A DNA stretch of 64,000 nucleotides from assembly GCA_963741385.1 (NCBI GenBank), contig CAVUHO010000003.1, positions 257,129 to 321,128 of the forward strand, given 5' to 3'. Origin of the DNA: Candidatus Sulfomarinibacteraceae bacterium (lineage in GTDB: Bacteria > Acidobacteriota > Thermoanaerobaculia > Thermoanaerobaculales > Sulfomarinibacteraceae). The notes under the pieces are model-generated. The model did no database searches. It was given only the letters and a program-made list of their open reading frames with translations, and was not told the DNA's origin. This document shows positions 18,283 to 25,992 of the stretch, piece after piece. The first letter of the stretch is position 1, and every line of letters begins with the position of its first letter. The translations under genes were made by a program, and so were the position numbers.

Positions 18283-19680
18283 ATGATGAAAATGACCACC
18301 AAGATGACCGACGGTCAGCCGCTCCCCGGCACCAGGCAATCCGTTCCTGATCTCGAAGAACAGGTGGCTTACCACCGCGCGTTCGAGGCCGTGGTGTGGG
18401 CGATACCCGCGTTGGCCATCCACCGCTTTCGCGAAGGGCTTTATGAAGTGCCCGGCGTTGAGGACAACGTCGTTCTCGCCTTTTCAGGGACGTTGAAAGC
18501 GCGGCATGAAGTCATCACCGCCAACACGGCGGTCCCGTACATCTCGGCGTTCACCGACCTGCGAAAAGGTCCGATGGTCGTCGAAGTGCCCGCGGCCACT
18601 GACAAGGCGAGCCTGTACGGCCAGGTGGTCGACGCCTGGCAGGTCACTATCGCCGGCGTCGGCCCCTCGGGACCGGACAAGGGGGCCGGCGGCAAGTACC
18701 TGTTCATCCCACCCGGTTACCAGGACGCGATTCCGGAAGGTTTCTTCCCGATCCGTTCCACCAGTTACCGGCTCGCATTGGCTTTCCGTTCCGTTCCGGG
18801 CAAGGGCGCCAGCCAGGCCGACGCCTACGCCTACACGAAGACATTGAAGATGTATCCGCTCTCGGAAGCCGACAACCCCAAGCCCACACGATTTGTGGAC
18901 GGCTTTCCGCTTGCGATCCAGACGCTCCCGTACTACGACATCCGCGCGCTGCAGGACATCCATGACTTTGTCAGCGTCGAGCCGGTGGAAGAGCGCGACA
19001 AGGTCATGATCGGAATACTCGCCACCATCGGCATCGAGAAGGGCAAGCCGTTCAATCCGGCGCCGAAGATGCAGGCGGCGATGGCACGGGCTGTCGTCGA
19101 TGCCTACCACTACATGCAGGGACTGACCCTGAAGTTGCTGCAGGAGAACCTGTGGTGGCCCGATCGGCATTGGGCCATGGTCCTGGTTCCGGACGAAAGC
19201 GGCGGGTTCGAGTTCATCACGGATCGGGCTGTCGAAATCGACAAGCGTGCCGCGATCTGGTTCCCCGCCATTTTCCTCCCTCCCAAGTTCAATGAAAACG
19301 CCGCGACGGTGTACGTGTCGCCGATTGCCGACAAAGACGGGAATGCCGTGGAAGCGGGCAAGCTCTACCGCATCCGGATCCCCAAGGACACCCCGGCCAA
19401 ACAGTTCTGGTCGATCACCGTGTACGACAACGCGACCTGGGGCTTCATCATCAACCCGCAGGATCGTTCCGGATTGGGGATGTTCGACAAGGACAAGATG
19501 ACGGTGAACGACGACGGGAGCGTGGACGTCTACGTAGGGCCGAAGGCTCCCGACGGCCTGGAATCCAACTGGATTCCGAGCATGGACAAGAAGCCCGTCA
19601 TCTGGCTGCGGCTGTACGGACCGGATGAGCCGTTCTGGAAGAAGACCTTCAAGATGCCCGACATCGAACTGGTGAAGTGA
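18283..19680 (+). CDS. DUF1254/DUF1214 domain protein (copy B)
   Basis: ITANTAVPY, DLRKGPMVVEVP, GPDKGAGGKYLFIPPGY, QFWSITVYD, DGSVDVYVGP, LRLYGP; RBS AAGGAG. Confidence 0.9.
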   Translation: MMKMTTKMTDGQPLPGTRQSVPDLEEQVAYHRAFEAVVWAIPALAIHRFREGLYEVPGVEDNVVLAFSGTLKARHEVITANTAVPYISAFTDLRKGPMVVEVPAATDKASLYGQVVDAWQVTIAGVGPSGPDKGAGGKYLFIPPGYQDAIPEGFFPIRSTSYRLALAFRSVPGKGASQADAYAYTKTLKMYPLSEADNPKPTRFVDGFPLAIQTLPYYDIRALQDIHDFVSVEPVEERDKVMIGILATIGIEKGKPFNPAPKMQAAMARAVVDAYHYMQGLTLKLLQENLWWPDRHWAMVLVPDESGGFEFITDRAVEIDKRAAIWFPAIFLPPKFNENAATVYVSPIADKDGNAVEAGKLYRIRIPKDTPAKQFWSITVYDNATWGFIINPQDRSGLGMFDKDKMTVNDDGSVDVYVGPKAPDGLESNWIPSMDKKPVIWLRLYGPDEPFWKKTFKMPDIELVK

Positions 19681-19744
19681 CCACGCAACCACGTGCCGGT
19701 GGACGCTTTCTGCTGCCAGCCTTCCTTTCCTCAAGGAGGTCCTA

Positions 19745-19888
19745 ATGAAGGTGACGCCTGAGACCTACGTGCGCGCGGAAACCGATCGACAGTTCGGCAT
19801 CGTCGCCCGGATGGCGGGCGGCGTGAACCAGCTCTTCCATTTCCGTCGTCCCACCCCCCTGGACCAGCAGAACATCGTGCGGATGAAT
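19745..19888 (+). pseudogene. third DUF1254-type gene truncated after 48 codons
   Basis: RBS AAGGAGG; MKVTPETYVRAETDRQF...PTPLDQQNIVRMN stops resembling the family exactly where RDTLYS is expected, at a 63-bp hairpin. Confidence 0.7.
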
Positions 19889-19951
19889 GGGTGCCAGGTA
19901 CGGAGTTACGGAGTTGTGAGGTGTAACTGCGTAACTCCGTATCCGGCACCC
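19889..19951. repeat. 63-bp imperfect palindrome at the island right junction
   Basis: 27-nt arms GGGTGCCAGGTACGGAGTTACGGAGTT / AACTGCGTAACTCCGTATCCGGCACCC with 3 mismatches and a 9-nt loop. Confidence 0.85.
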
Positions 19952-19955
19952 AGTG

Positions 19956-20370
19956 GGCGGTGTCAATCTCGGCCCGGGAGGCGTGGGTCGTGCGTTTCGC
20001 GATGCCGCCGAGGGTGCACTGCGAGGCCTCTCGTAGGGCGTCCGCGAGGCGGTCATTCCGCAATCCGAAATCCCCAATCCGAATTCTGGATGGGTGGGCT
20101 GGGTACAATCTCTCCATGTGCCACGGTTTTTTTTCGCGGTGTATGGGAGTTGGCCTGAATTGTGGGCGTGGAGTCTTGTCGTGAGGTTGCTGGTGGAGCC
20201 GAAGGGGTCGACACTGCGGGACAGCGGCGCAATGTGAACGCGGTCGGGTCGCAGAGCGAGCCGGCCTGCGGTCACGCGGCGATGGTCCGTAGACCGATTC
20301 CCTTCGGCTGAGCCAGAGACGAGAAAAGCCGCCCGTAAGGGCGGCGAATTCGAAGTCTCTGGTGGAGCCG
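19956..20370 (+). repeat. direct repeat copy 2, starting with an orphan yigZ 3' end (19956-20036)
   Basis: GGVNLGPGGVGRAFRDAAEGALRGLS* duplicates the yigZ C-terminus; the rest matches 13163-13490. Confidence 0.95.
20102..20203 (-). pseudogene. GIY-YIG fragment, second copy with a -1 frameshift in a T-run
   Basis: FGSTSNLTTRLHAHNSGQLPYTAKK then shifts frame relative to copy 1. Confidence 0.55.
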
Positions 20371-20528
20371 AAGGGGTCGACACTGCGGGACAGCGGCGCA
20401 ATGTGAACGCGGTCGGGTCGCAGAGCGAGCCGGCCTGCGGTCACGCGGCGATGGTCCGTAGACCGATTCCCTTCGGCTGAGCCAGAGACGAGAAAAGCCG
20501 CCCGTAAGGGCGGCGAATTCGAAGTCTC
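20191..20528 (-). repeat. two tandem 169-bp units, each ending in the last 17 nt of tRNA-Ala
   Basis: TGGTGGAGCCGAAGGGG recurs at 20191, 20360 and 20529 (period 169). Confidence 0.97.
20493..20514 (-). terminator. Rho-independent terminator after tRNA-Ala (repeated in each 169-bp unit)
   Basis: Minus strand GCCGCCC-TTAC-GGGCGGC followed by TTTTCTC. Confidence 0.7.
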
Positions 20529-20604
20529 TGGTGGAGCCGAAGGGGATCGAACCCTCGACCTCAGCATTGCGAACGCTGCGCTCTCCCAATTGAGCTACGG
20601 CCCC
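20529..20604 (-). tRNA. tRNA-Ala (anticodon CGC)
   Basis: 76 nt GGGGCCGTAGCTCAATTGGGAGAGCGCAGCGTTCGCAATGCTGAGGTCGAGGGTTCGATCCCCTTCGGCTCCACCA; cloverleaf, G3:U70 pair, encoded CCA. Confidence 0.98.
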
Positions 20605-20615
20605 ACGCGCGGCGG

Positions 20616-20644
20616 ATAATACCCTGATCGGCAACGGGTTGCAA
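20616..20644 (-). promoter_or_regulatory. sigma70-type promoter of tRNA-Ala
   Basis: TTGCAA-17 bp-TATTAT, followed by a GC-rich discriminator. Confidence 0.7.
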
Positions 20645-20677
20645 GGGTGGCGGTTGGTGAGCCTTGCTCACGAATTG

Positions 20678-20884
20678 CTAGTCGACCTTGAATGCGACCT
20701 CGATGGCGGCCTGCCACTCGATCCGGCCGTCGGCGCCGAGCCCGCCGCGGAGTTCTTTGACCTCGAACCAGGCGATGCCGCGCAGGCTTTCGGAGGCTTT
20801 TTCGATTGCGGTCTCGATGGCCTTTTCATAGCTTTCGGACGAGCACCCGGTCACCGAGATTCTTTTGAAGACTTTTTCTGCCAT
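20678..20884 (-). CDS. dodecin (flavin-binding)
   Basis: VFKRISVTGCSSESYEKAIETAIEKASESLRGIAWFEVKELRG...WQAAIEVAFKVD, 68 aa. Confidence 0.9.
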   Translation of the reverse strand: MAEKVFKRISVTGCSSESYEKAIETAIEKASESLRGIAWFEVKELRGGLGADGRIEWQAAIEVAFKVD

Positions 20885-20961
20885 GTCGCGCCCCTTTTCG
20901 TCGTGAGATTCTGTTTTCGAGAACAGCCGGACCGGTGCTGCTGTTCCCTGGATGAAGGGAA

Positions 20962-21969
20962 TTACTTCTTCTTTTTCTTGGAGGCTTCGGGTTGGCCGTC
21001 GAGACCCGACCACAGGTGCCATGCGGCGTCCAGCGGTTCGCCGCCGTTCCACACGGCACGGGTGAAGCTCTCCACCCACGTGTCGAAACCGGGGATGATC
21101 CGCAGGTTGTCCTCCATGGCAAGGGTTGCGGGGTCGTTGGGCAGCCGGTCGAGTGCCGAGGCGGCGCGGCGGAGGCGCCAGCCCCATGAGGCCTCTTCGT
21201 GGCACTGGTCGAGACGCCGGGCCCACAGCCGGAGCACCGCGGCGGTCCGGACGGCGTTGGGTTCGGCCCCGAGCGGCACCATGCACGGGACAAACGGGTC
21301 CATTCCGACGTTGTGGAGAGTCACGCCGGCGGTTCGTTCGAGCGCGTGCAGCCCGCGGCTGACGTCGGCGTGAAAGAGGGCGTTCTCGAGCTCCGCTTCG
21401 ACCCCGGTCCCCTCGCAGCCGTCGAGGATGCGGTGGCGATCCTTGGGAGTCAGCAGGAGCGGCGCGGTGACGGCGAACCGGGCGCCGGCGGTCTTGAGTT
21501 GTCCGATCCGGCGTTCCACCTCGGCGGCGGCGCCGGGAAAAGGGAAGAGACCGAGGACGGCGCCCCAGGGGCTCGAGTGCCACGCGGACGGGATCTGCAG
21601 GCCTTCGCTCAAGGGATAGGGCAGGATCGGCAGCACCATGGTCACACGTGGGGTTTCGCCGGACGCGTCGAGATCGAGGTCGCTCGGAGTGACCTCGGGA
21701 TCGTCCAGAACCACCAGCGCAAATCCGCCCCGCTCCAGAAAACGGTGCAGGATGTCGCGGCGTTGGACCGCGACGCGGGCGAAGATCATCGCGCGGACGG
21801 GTTCTCTGGGGATCGAACCCTCGGCGGGAAGGATCCTGACTGGAGCGTCTTCCCACACGACACCGAGCTTGATCGGGTCGAGCGTCACCTTTTTGCCGGG
21901 GAGGTACCCGGGTCGCAGCACGTGGGTCACGGGCAGGAGGTCGGGGTAGGCGGGTTCGATCCTACGCAC
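20962..21969 (-). CDS. hypothetical protein; SPL/radical-SAM-like barrel without CxxxCxxC, plus a C-terminal HhH-8-like module
   Basis: Middle region resembles SPL-family barrels (weak). C-terminal RLRRAASALDRLPNDPATLAMEDNLRIIPGF resembles the PolX N-terminal HhH domain. 8-nt overlap with ribE. Confidence 0.55.
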   Translation of the reverse strand: MRRIEPAYPDLLPVTHVLRPGYLPGKKVTLDPIKLGVVWEDAPVRILPAEGSIPREPVRAMIFARVAVQRRDILHRFLERGGFALVVLDDPEVTPSDLDLDASGETPRVTMVLPILPYPLSEGLQIPSAWHSSPWGAVLGLFPFPGAAAEVERRIGQLKTAGARFAVTAPLLLTPKDRHRILDGCEGTGVEAELENALFHADVSRGLHALERTAGVTLHNVGMDPFVPCMVPLGAEPNAVRTAAVLRLWARRLDQCHEEASWGWRLRRAASALDRLPNDPATLAMEDNLRIIPGFDTWVESFTRAVWNGGEPLDAAWHLWSGLDGQPEASKKKKK

Positions 21970-22600
21970 CGTGGACTCCTCCGAACATCTCGTCGATGGC
22001 GGACGGTGGGGCGCCCCCGACCCGGCGCGCCACGTACTTGGCGAGGACGTCGGTTTCGAGGTGGAGTTCGGCGCCGGTACGGAGCTTCCCGAGGCTGGTC
22101 CCCTCGAGGGTGGTGGGAATCAGCGCGACCTCGAACCAGTCGCGCCCGAGACCGGCCACCGTCAGCGATACACCGTTGAGGGCGACGCTGCCCTTTGCCG
22201 CCACTTCACGTGCGTGTTCAGCCGGCAGTGACATCCGCCATCTTTGAAATCCACTCTCGGTCTGGGTCGACAGGATGCGCACGACACCGTCCACGTGTCC
22301 CTGGACGATGTGGCCGCCGAGGCGGTCGCCGAGGCGGAGGGCTCGTTCGAGGTTGACGGGCTGCCCGGGGCGCGCCGCCCGCAGAAGGGTCCGCTCGAGG
22401 GTCTCGGGGGAGAGGTCTGCGGCAAAGCCGCCACTCATGGGTTCGCTGGCTGTCAGACACGCGCCGTCGACCGCGATGCTGTCGCCGGTCTGCGGGAGAT
22501 CGCCGTCGGGCCAGGTCACGAAAACCTGAAGCCTGGCCGCGGCGCCCGATTTCGTCAGCCGCCCGACGGAACCGACGGCCTCAATCAGTCCCGTGAACAT
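21962..22600 (-). CDS. ribE: riboflavin synthase (alpha chain)
   Basis: MFTGLIE start, GDSIAVDGACLT, VNLERAL..GDRLGGHIVQGHVDG, KGSVALNGVSLTV. Confidence 0.97.
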   Translation of the reverse strand: MFTGLIEAVGSVGRLTKSGAAARLQVFVTWPDGDLPQTGDSIAVDGACLTASEPMSGGFAADLSPETLERTLLRAARPGQPVNLERALRLGDRLGGHIVQGHVDGVVRILSTQTESGFQRWRMSLPAEHAREVAAKGSVALNGVSLTVAGLGRDWFEVALIPTTLEGTSLGKLRTGAELHLETDVLAKYVARRVGGAPPSAIDEMFGGVHGA

Positions 22601-23804
22601 CTGCGTCCTCCACCCGCACCGCCCGTATCTCCAGGTCCAGCCCGTGGCGCTCTACGACCTCGAAGTGAAATCGACGCGCCATGTCGAGCGTCGGGATCCC
22701 CCGTCCCGCCACCGTCGCGGGGGCCGGACCGCCGATCAGGAAGGGCGCCACGAACATCGCGATCTCGTCGACCAGATCGGCGTCGTGGAAGGACCCGTGA
22801 ACCGTCGGTCCGCCCTCGACGAGGAGCGAGGCCACCTCCTTCCGGGCGAGAAAATCGAGGAGGGCGTCGAGGTCGATGCGGCCATCGTCTCCGGCCCGCA
22901 ATTCCACCAACTCGACGCCCGCTTCGCGCAGTCGCCGGCGATTCCCGGCCGCGGCCTCGCCGGTGTGGACGATGACCGTGGTCTCGGGTTGCTGTTGGAC
23001 CACCTTGGCGGCGCTCGGTGTTCTCAGGGTTGAATCGAGGATGATCCTCTTCCACCCGCCCGCCGGGTTGAGATCGAGCCGCCGCGTCAGTTGGGGGTCG
23101 TCGGCCAGCACGGTTTCGACGCCCACCAGGATGGCGTCGTGCTCTTCACGCAGTTCGAGCCCGCGGTGGCGGGCCTCCTCGCCGGTGATCCACTTCGACT
23201 CGCCGGTGCGGGTCGCGATCCGCCCGTCGAGGGAGACGGCCGACTTGAGCGTCACCCACGGGCGGTGGAAATGAGCCCAGCGCAACCAGCGCCGGTTGAG
23301 AATCCGGGATCGTTCGCCGCCCGGCCCCTCCTGAACCTCGACCCCTTCAGCCCGCAGACGGTTGATGCCGCCGCCGGCCTTTGGTGTGGGTTCGCCCAGC
23401 GCGCAGACTACCCGGCGCACCCCGGCGGCCAGTACCGCTTCGGTGCAGGGCGGCGTCTTGCCGTGGTGGGCGCAGGGTTCGAGGGTGACGTAGAGCGTGC
23501 CGCCCCGGGCTCTCTCGCCGGCCTCGGCAAGGGCCATCACCTCCGCGTGCGGCCCGCCGAAGACGGCATGGTAGCCCTCGCCGGCGAGACGCCCCGCGGC
23601 GTCGAGGACGACGGCGCCGACCATCGGGTTCGGTGAGGTGCCGTAGCGACCGAGGGCGGCGAGTTCGAGGGCGCGCCCCATCCAACGCTCGTCGGGGTCG
23701 CCAGGCGATTGGCTCGGCGCAGGCGGTTGCCCGGGGCCGACTCGCGCCGGTCCAGAAGGAGCGACGTCCTTTCGTATCGATCCCCCCGGTCGAGGTGGCC
23801 TCAC
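22581..23804 (-). CDS. ribD: bifunctional diaminohydroxyphosphoribosylaminopyrimidine deaminase/reductase (start uncertain)
   Basis: SPNPMVGAVV, HAEV, TLEPCAHHGKTPPC, KSAVSLDGRIA, LLVEGG. Confidence 0.95.
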   Translation of the reverse strand: MRPPRPGGSIRKDVAPSGPARVGPGQPPAPSQSPGDPDERWMGRALELAALGRYGTSPNPMVGAVVLDAAGRLAGEGYHAVFGGPHAEVMALAEAGERARGGTLYVTLEPCAHHGKTPPCTEAVLAAGVRRVVCALGEPTPKAGGGINRLRAEGVEVQEGPGGERSRILNRRWLRWAHFHRPWVTLKSAVSLDGRIATRTGESKWITGEEARHRGLELREEHDAILVGVETVLADDPQLTRRLDLNPAGGWKRIILDSTLRTPSAAKVVQQQPETTVIVHTGEAAAGNRRRLREAGVELVELRAGDDGRIDLDALLDFLARKEVASLLVEGGPTVHGSFHDADLVDEIAMFVAPFLIGGPAPATVAGRGIPTLDMARRFHFEVVERHGLDLEIRAVRVEDADVHGTD

Positions 23805-24787
23805 ACTAGTCCATCCCTGGTGTTGATCGCTTCCACAGTTTGCGGGGACCGGTCCCCTGAATCGGTTTCGAGTAACGAGTCCACGAATTCGTCGGCGTGG
23901 AAAGGTAGCAGATCGTCTTCGGATTCACCCACACCCACCCATCGTACCGGGAGCTTGAGCCGATCCGCAATGGCCAAAATCACACCACCCTTCGCCGTGC
24001 CGTCGAGCTTGGTGAGAACGACCCCGGTGACCCCGGCGGTGGCCCCGAATTTCTGCGCCTGTTCGATGCCGTTGGAACCGGTGGTGGCGTCGAGTACCAG
24101 CAGGACCTCGTGCGGCGCTCCCGCGACCTCACGGGCGGAAATCCTGGTCACCTTCTCCAGTTCCTTCATCAGGTTGGCTCGGGTGTGAAGACGCCCCGCG
24201 GTGTCCACCAGGACCTCGTCGATCCCCCGGGAGCGTGCCGCGGCGATGGCATCGTAAACGACGGCCGCTGGATCGGCCCCCTCCTGCTGGTGTATGACCG
24301 GAGCGTCGACCCTTTCGGCCCACACCATGAGCTGTTCTACGGCCGCTGCCCGGAAGGTGTCGGCGGCGGCGAGGATGACGGTCTTGCCGGATTCTTTCTT
24401 GCGTTTCGCGAGCTTGGCGGCGGTTGTCGTCTTCCCGGTCCCGTTGACGCCGACCAACAGGGTCACCCGGGGCGGCGACGTATTTTCGGCTAACGGTCGG
24501 GCGGCATCGGCCGTCTGGAGCAGAGCGAGGAGTCTCGCGCGCACCGCCGGTCGAAGCTCTTCGGCGGTTGAGATGCGTTTGGCCCGGACCTCGTCCCGGA
24601 GCTCGTCCACCAGTCGAACCGAGAGGGCGACACCAGCGTCGGAGGCGATCAGGGCTTCTTCGAGACCGTCGAGGACAGACGATTCCACCGGTCCGGTGCG
24701 GCGGAAGGTGTCTCCCGCTTTTTCCAGGAACTCGGTGTGGGTCATGAACAGACCCCGTTTCAGCTTGCCGAGAAAAGAACGCGCCAT
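23801..24787 (-). CDS. ftsY: SRP receptor FtsY (NG-only, short N-terminus)
   Basis: GVNGTGKTTT, DTFRAAA, DTAGR, TKLDGTAKGG. Confidence 0.97.
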   Translation of the reverse strand: MARSFLGKLKRGLFMTHTEFLEKAGDTFRRTGPVESSVLDGLEEALIASDAGVALSVRLVDELRDEVRAKRISTAEELRPAVRARLLALLQTADAARPLAENTSPPRVTLLVGVNGTGKTTTAAKLAKRKKESGKTVILAAADTFRAAAVEQLMVWAERVDAPVIHQQEGADPAAVVYDAIAAARSRGIDEVLVDTAGRLHTRANLMKELEKVTRISAREVAGAPHEVLLVLDATTGSNGIEQAQKFGATAGVTGVVLTKLDGTAKGGVILAIADRLKLPVRWVGVGESEDDLLPFHADEFVDSLLETDSGDRSPQTVEAINTRDGLV

Positions 24788-24829
24788 GCAACCCCCACGC
24801 AGCGTGGATCGTCGGCGGGCGCGCAGTCT

Positions 24830-25192
24830 TCAGGCGAGCTGTTCGGCGAACACCCGAGCGGCGCGGCGCAGGCGGTCGAGGGCCTGCGCGCGTGAAGCCG
24901 ACCGATCCACGACGAGCACCACATAGTAGCCGTCAGGGAGCGCTTGCGTCAACGTGACGAGATGGGTGCCCTCGAGGACGAAGCTGTCGATGGGTCCGGC
25001 GTCGGCTGATGCCGTGAGGTTGTCCAGCCGGCGGAGGAAGATACTGTGATAGGCGCCCTCGACCTTGAGATCGTAGGGGTCGCCGTGCCGGGTGACCAGG
25101 TCGACCGATTCACCCTCCGGGTCGACGAAGATGGCGCCCAGCGCCTGCGGCACATCCACCAGGAGGTTTGTCAGCAGGTAGTTGAAGGGCAT
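24830..25192 (-). CDS. roadblock/LC7 (MglB-like) domain protein
   Basis: 120 aa; VPQALGAIFVDPEGESVD...YYVVLVV alpha/beta pattern. Confidence 0.7.
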   Translation of the reverse strand: MPFNYLLTNLLVDVPQALGAIFVDPEGESVDLVTRHGDPYDLKVEGAYHSIFLRRLDNLTASADAGPIDSFVLEGTHLVTLTQALPDGYYVVLVVDRSASRAQALDRLRRAARVFAEQLA

Positions 25193-25992
25193 CAGCCCTT
25201 CCCGAGCAGCGTCCGTGCGATGGCGGCCTCGTCCGATCGGGGAGCATCGGCGATGACCTGCTCGAGATACGGTCGCGCCTGCTCCTCGTCCCCCATGATC
25301 ATCAACAGCTTGCCGAACTCGAACGCGACCTCGGTCGAGTCGGGGAATTCCAGCTTCGCTTCTTCGAGAATTGCCAGGGCCGCGTCCAAATTTCCCTGCT
25401 GTTGCGCCAACTGGGCGAGCTTGAGGTAGCCGTCGAACACCGGGTTCGGAGGAAGGATTGATTTCCGGAAGTTCTCCTCGGCGGCGCCGAGCTGTCCACG
25501 CTGCATGTATGTGAGGCCGAGGTTGTAATGGACCTGTCTGCGGTAGGGATAGGTCGAGTCGGCGAGGACGGCCACGAAATCCACCTCCGCAAGGTGGTAC
25601 TGACCCAAGGCGAGGTAGGTGGCGCCGCGATTGTTGCGGGCGTCGGTGAAGGCCGGGATGAGGCGCAGCGCCTGGTCAAACGACAATAACGCCTGGTCAA
25701 GCTGGTTCAGATCGAGATAACAGAGCCCTATCATGTTCATATTGGTCACATTGCCCGGGGCGATCTTGTCGGCGACCTTGAACTCTTCAAGGGCGTCCTC
25801 ATACCGCCCCTGTGTCATGAATACCGAACCCTGCCGCATGTGGGTCAAGGACTGGAGGGGGGCGCTCGTAGCCTCGGACGACTCCTGCTGTGAGGATTTC
25901 GAGTTGGGCTGTTTGGTCGCCGCGTTGGAGCTCGCACAGGCGGTGACGAGTGACACGATCGGAAGGACAACGACGGCGACGAGACGGTTCAT
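25192..25992 (-). CDS. TPR lipoprotein, PilF/PilW/Tgl-like
   Basis: Lipobox LVTAC; TPR units (NMIGLCY, ARNNRGATYL, VHYNLGLTY). Confidence 0.75.
   Translation of the reverse strand: MNRLVAVVVLPIVSLVTACASSNAATKQPNSKSSQQESSEATSAPLQSLTHMRQGSVFMTQGRYEDALEEFKVADKIAPGNVTNMNMIGLCYLDLNQLDQALLSFDQALRLIPAFTDARNNRGATYLALGQYHLAEVDFVAVLADSTYPYRRQVHYNLGLTYMQRGQLGAAEENFRKSILPPNPVFDGYLKLAQLAQQQGNLDAALAILEEAKLEFPDSTEVAFEFGKLLMIMGDEEQARPYLEQVIADAPRSDEAAIARTLLGKG

Larger units (their letters stand above)
13491..19955. mobile_element. tRNA-Ala-associated genomic island (AbiE TA, IS91 remnant, DUF1254 cluster); no integrase seen
   Basis: Bounded by ~410-bp direct repeats and an att-like site; visibly lower GC than flanks; accessory cargo. 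Confidence 0.7.

Noticed and set aside
16790-19888. integron cassette array for the DUF1254 genes
   Set aside because: No attC-like RYYYAAC...GTTRRRY palindromes between the genes and no intI.
20191-20545. 17-bp tRNA-end repeats with 152-bp intervals as CRISPR-like repeat/spacer
   Set aside because: The intervals are identical to each other, so this is a tandem duplication rather than spacer acquisition.
23805-24830. FMN riboswitch upstream of ribD
   Set aside because: ribD is coupled directly to ftsY; no leader or RFN consensus is seen.
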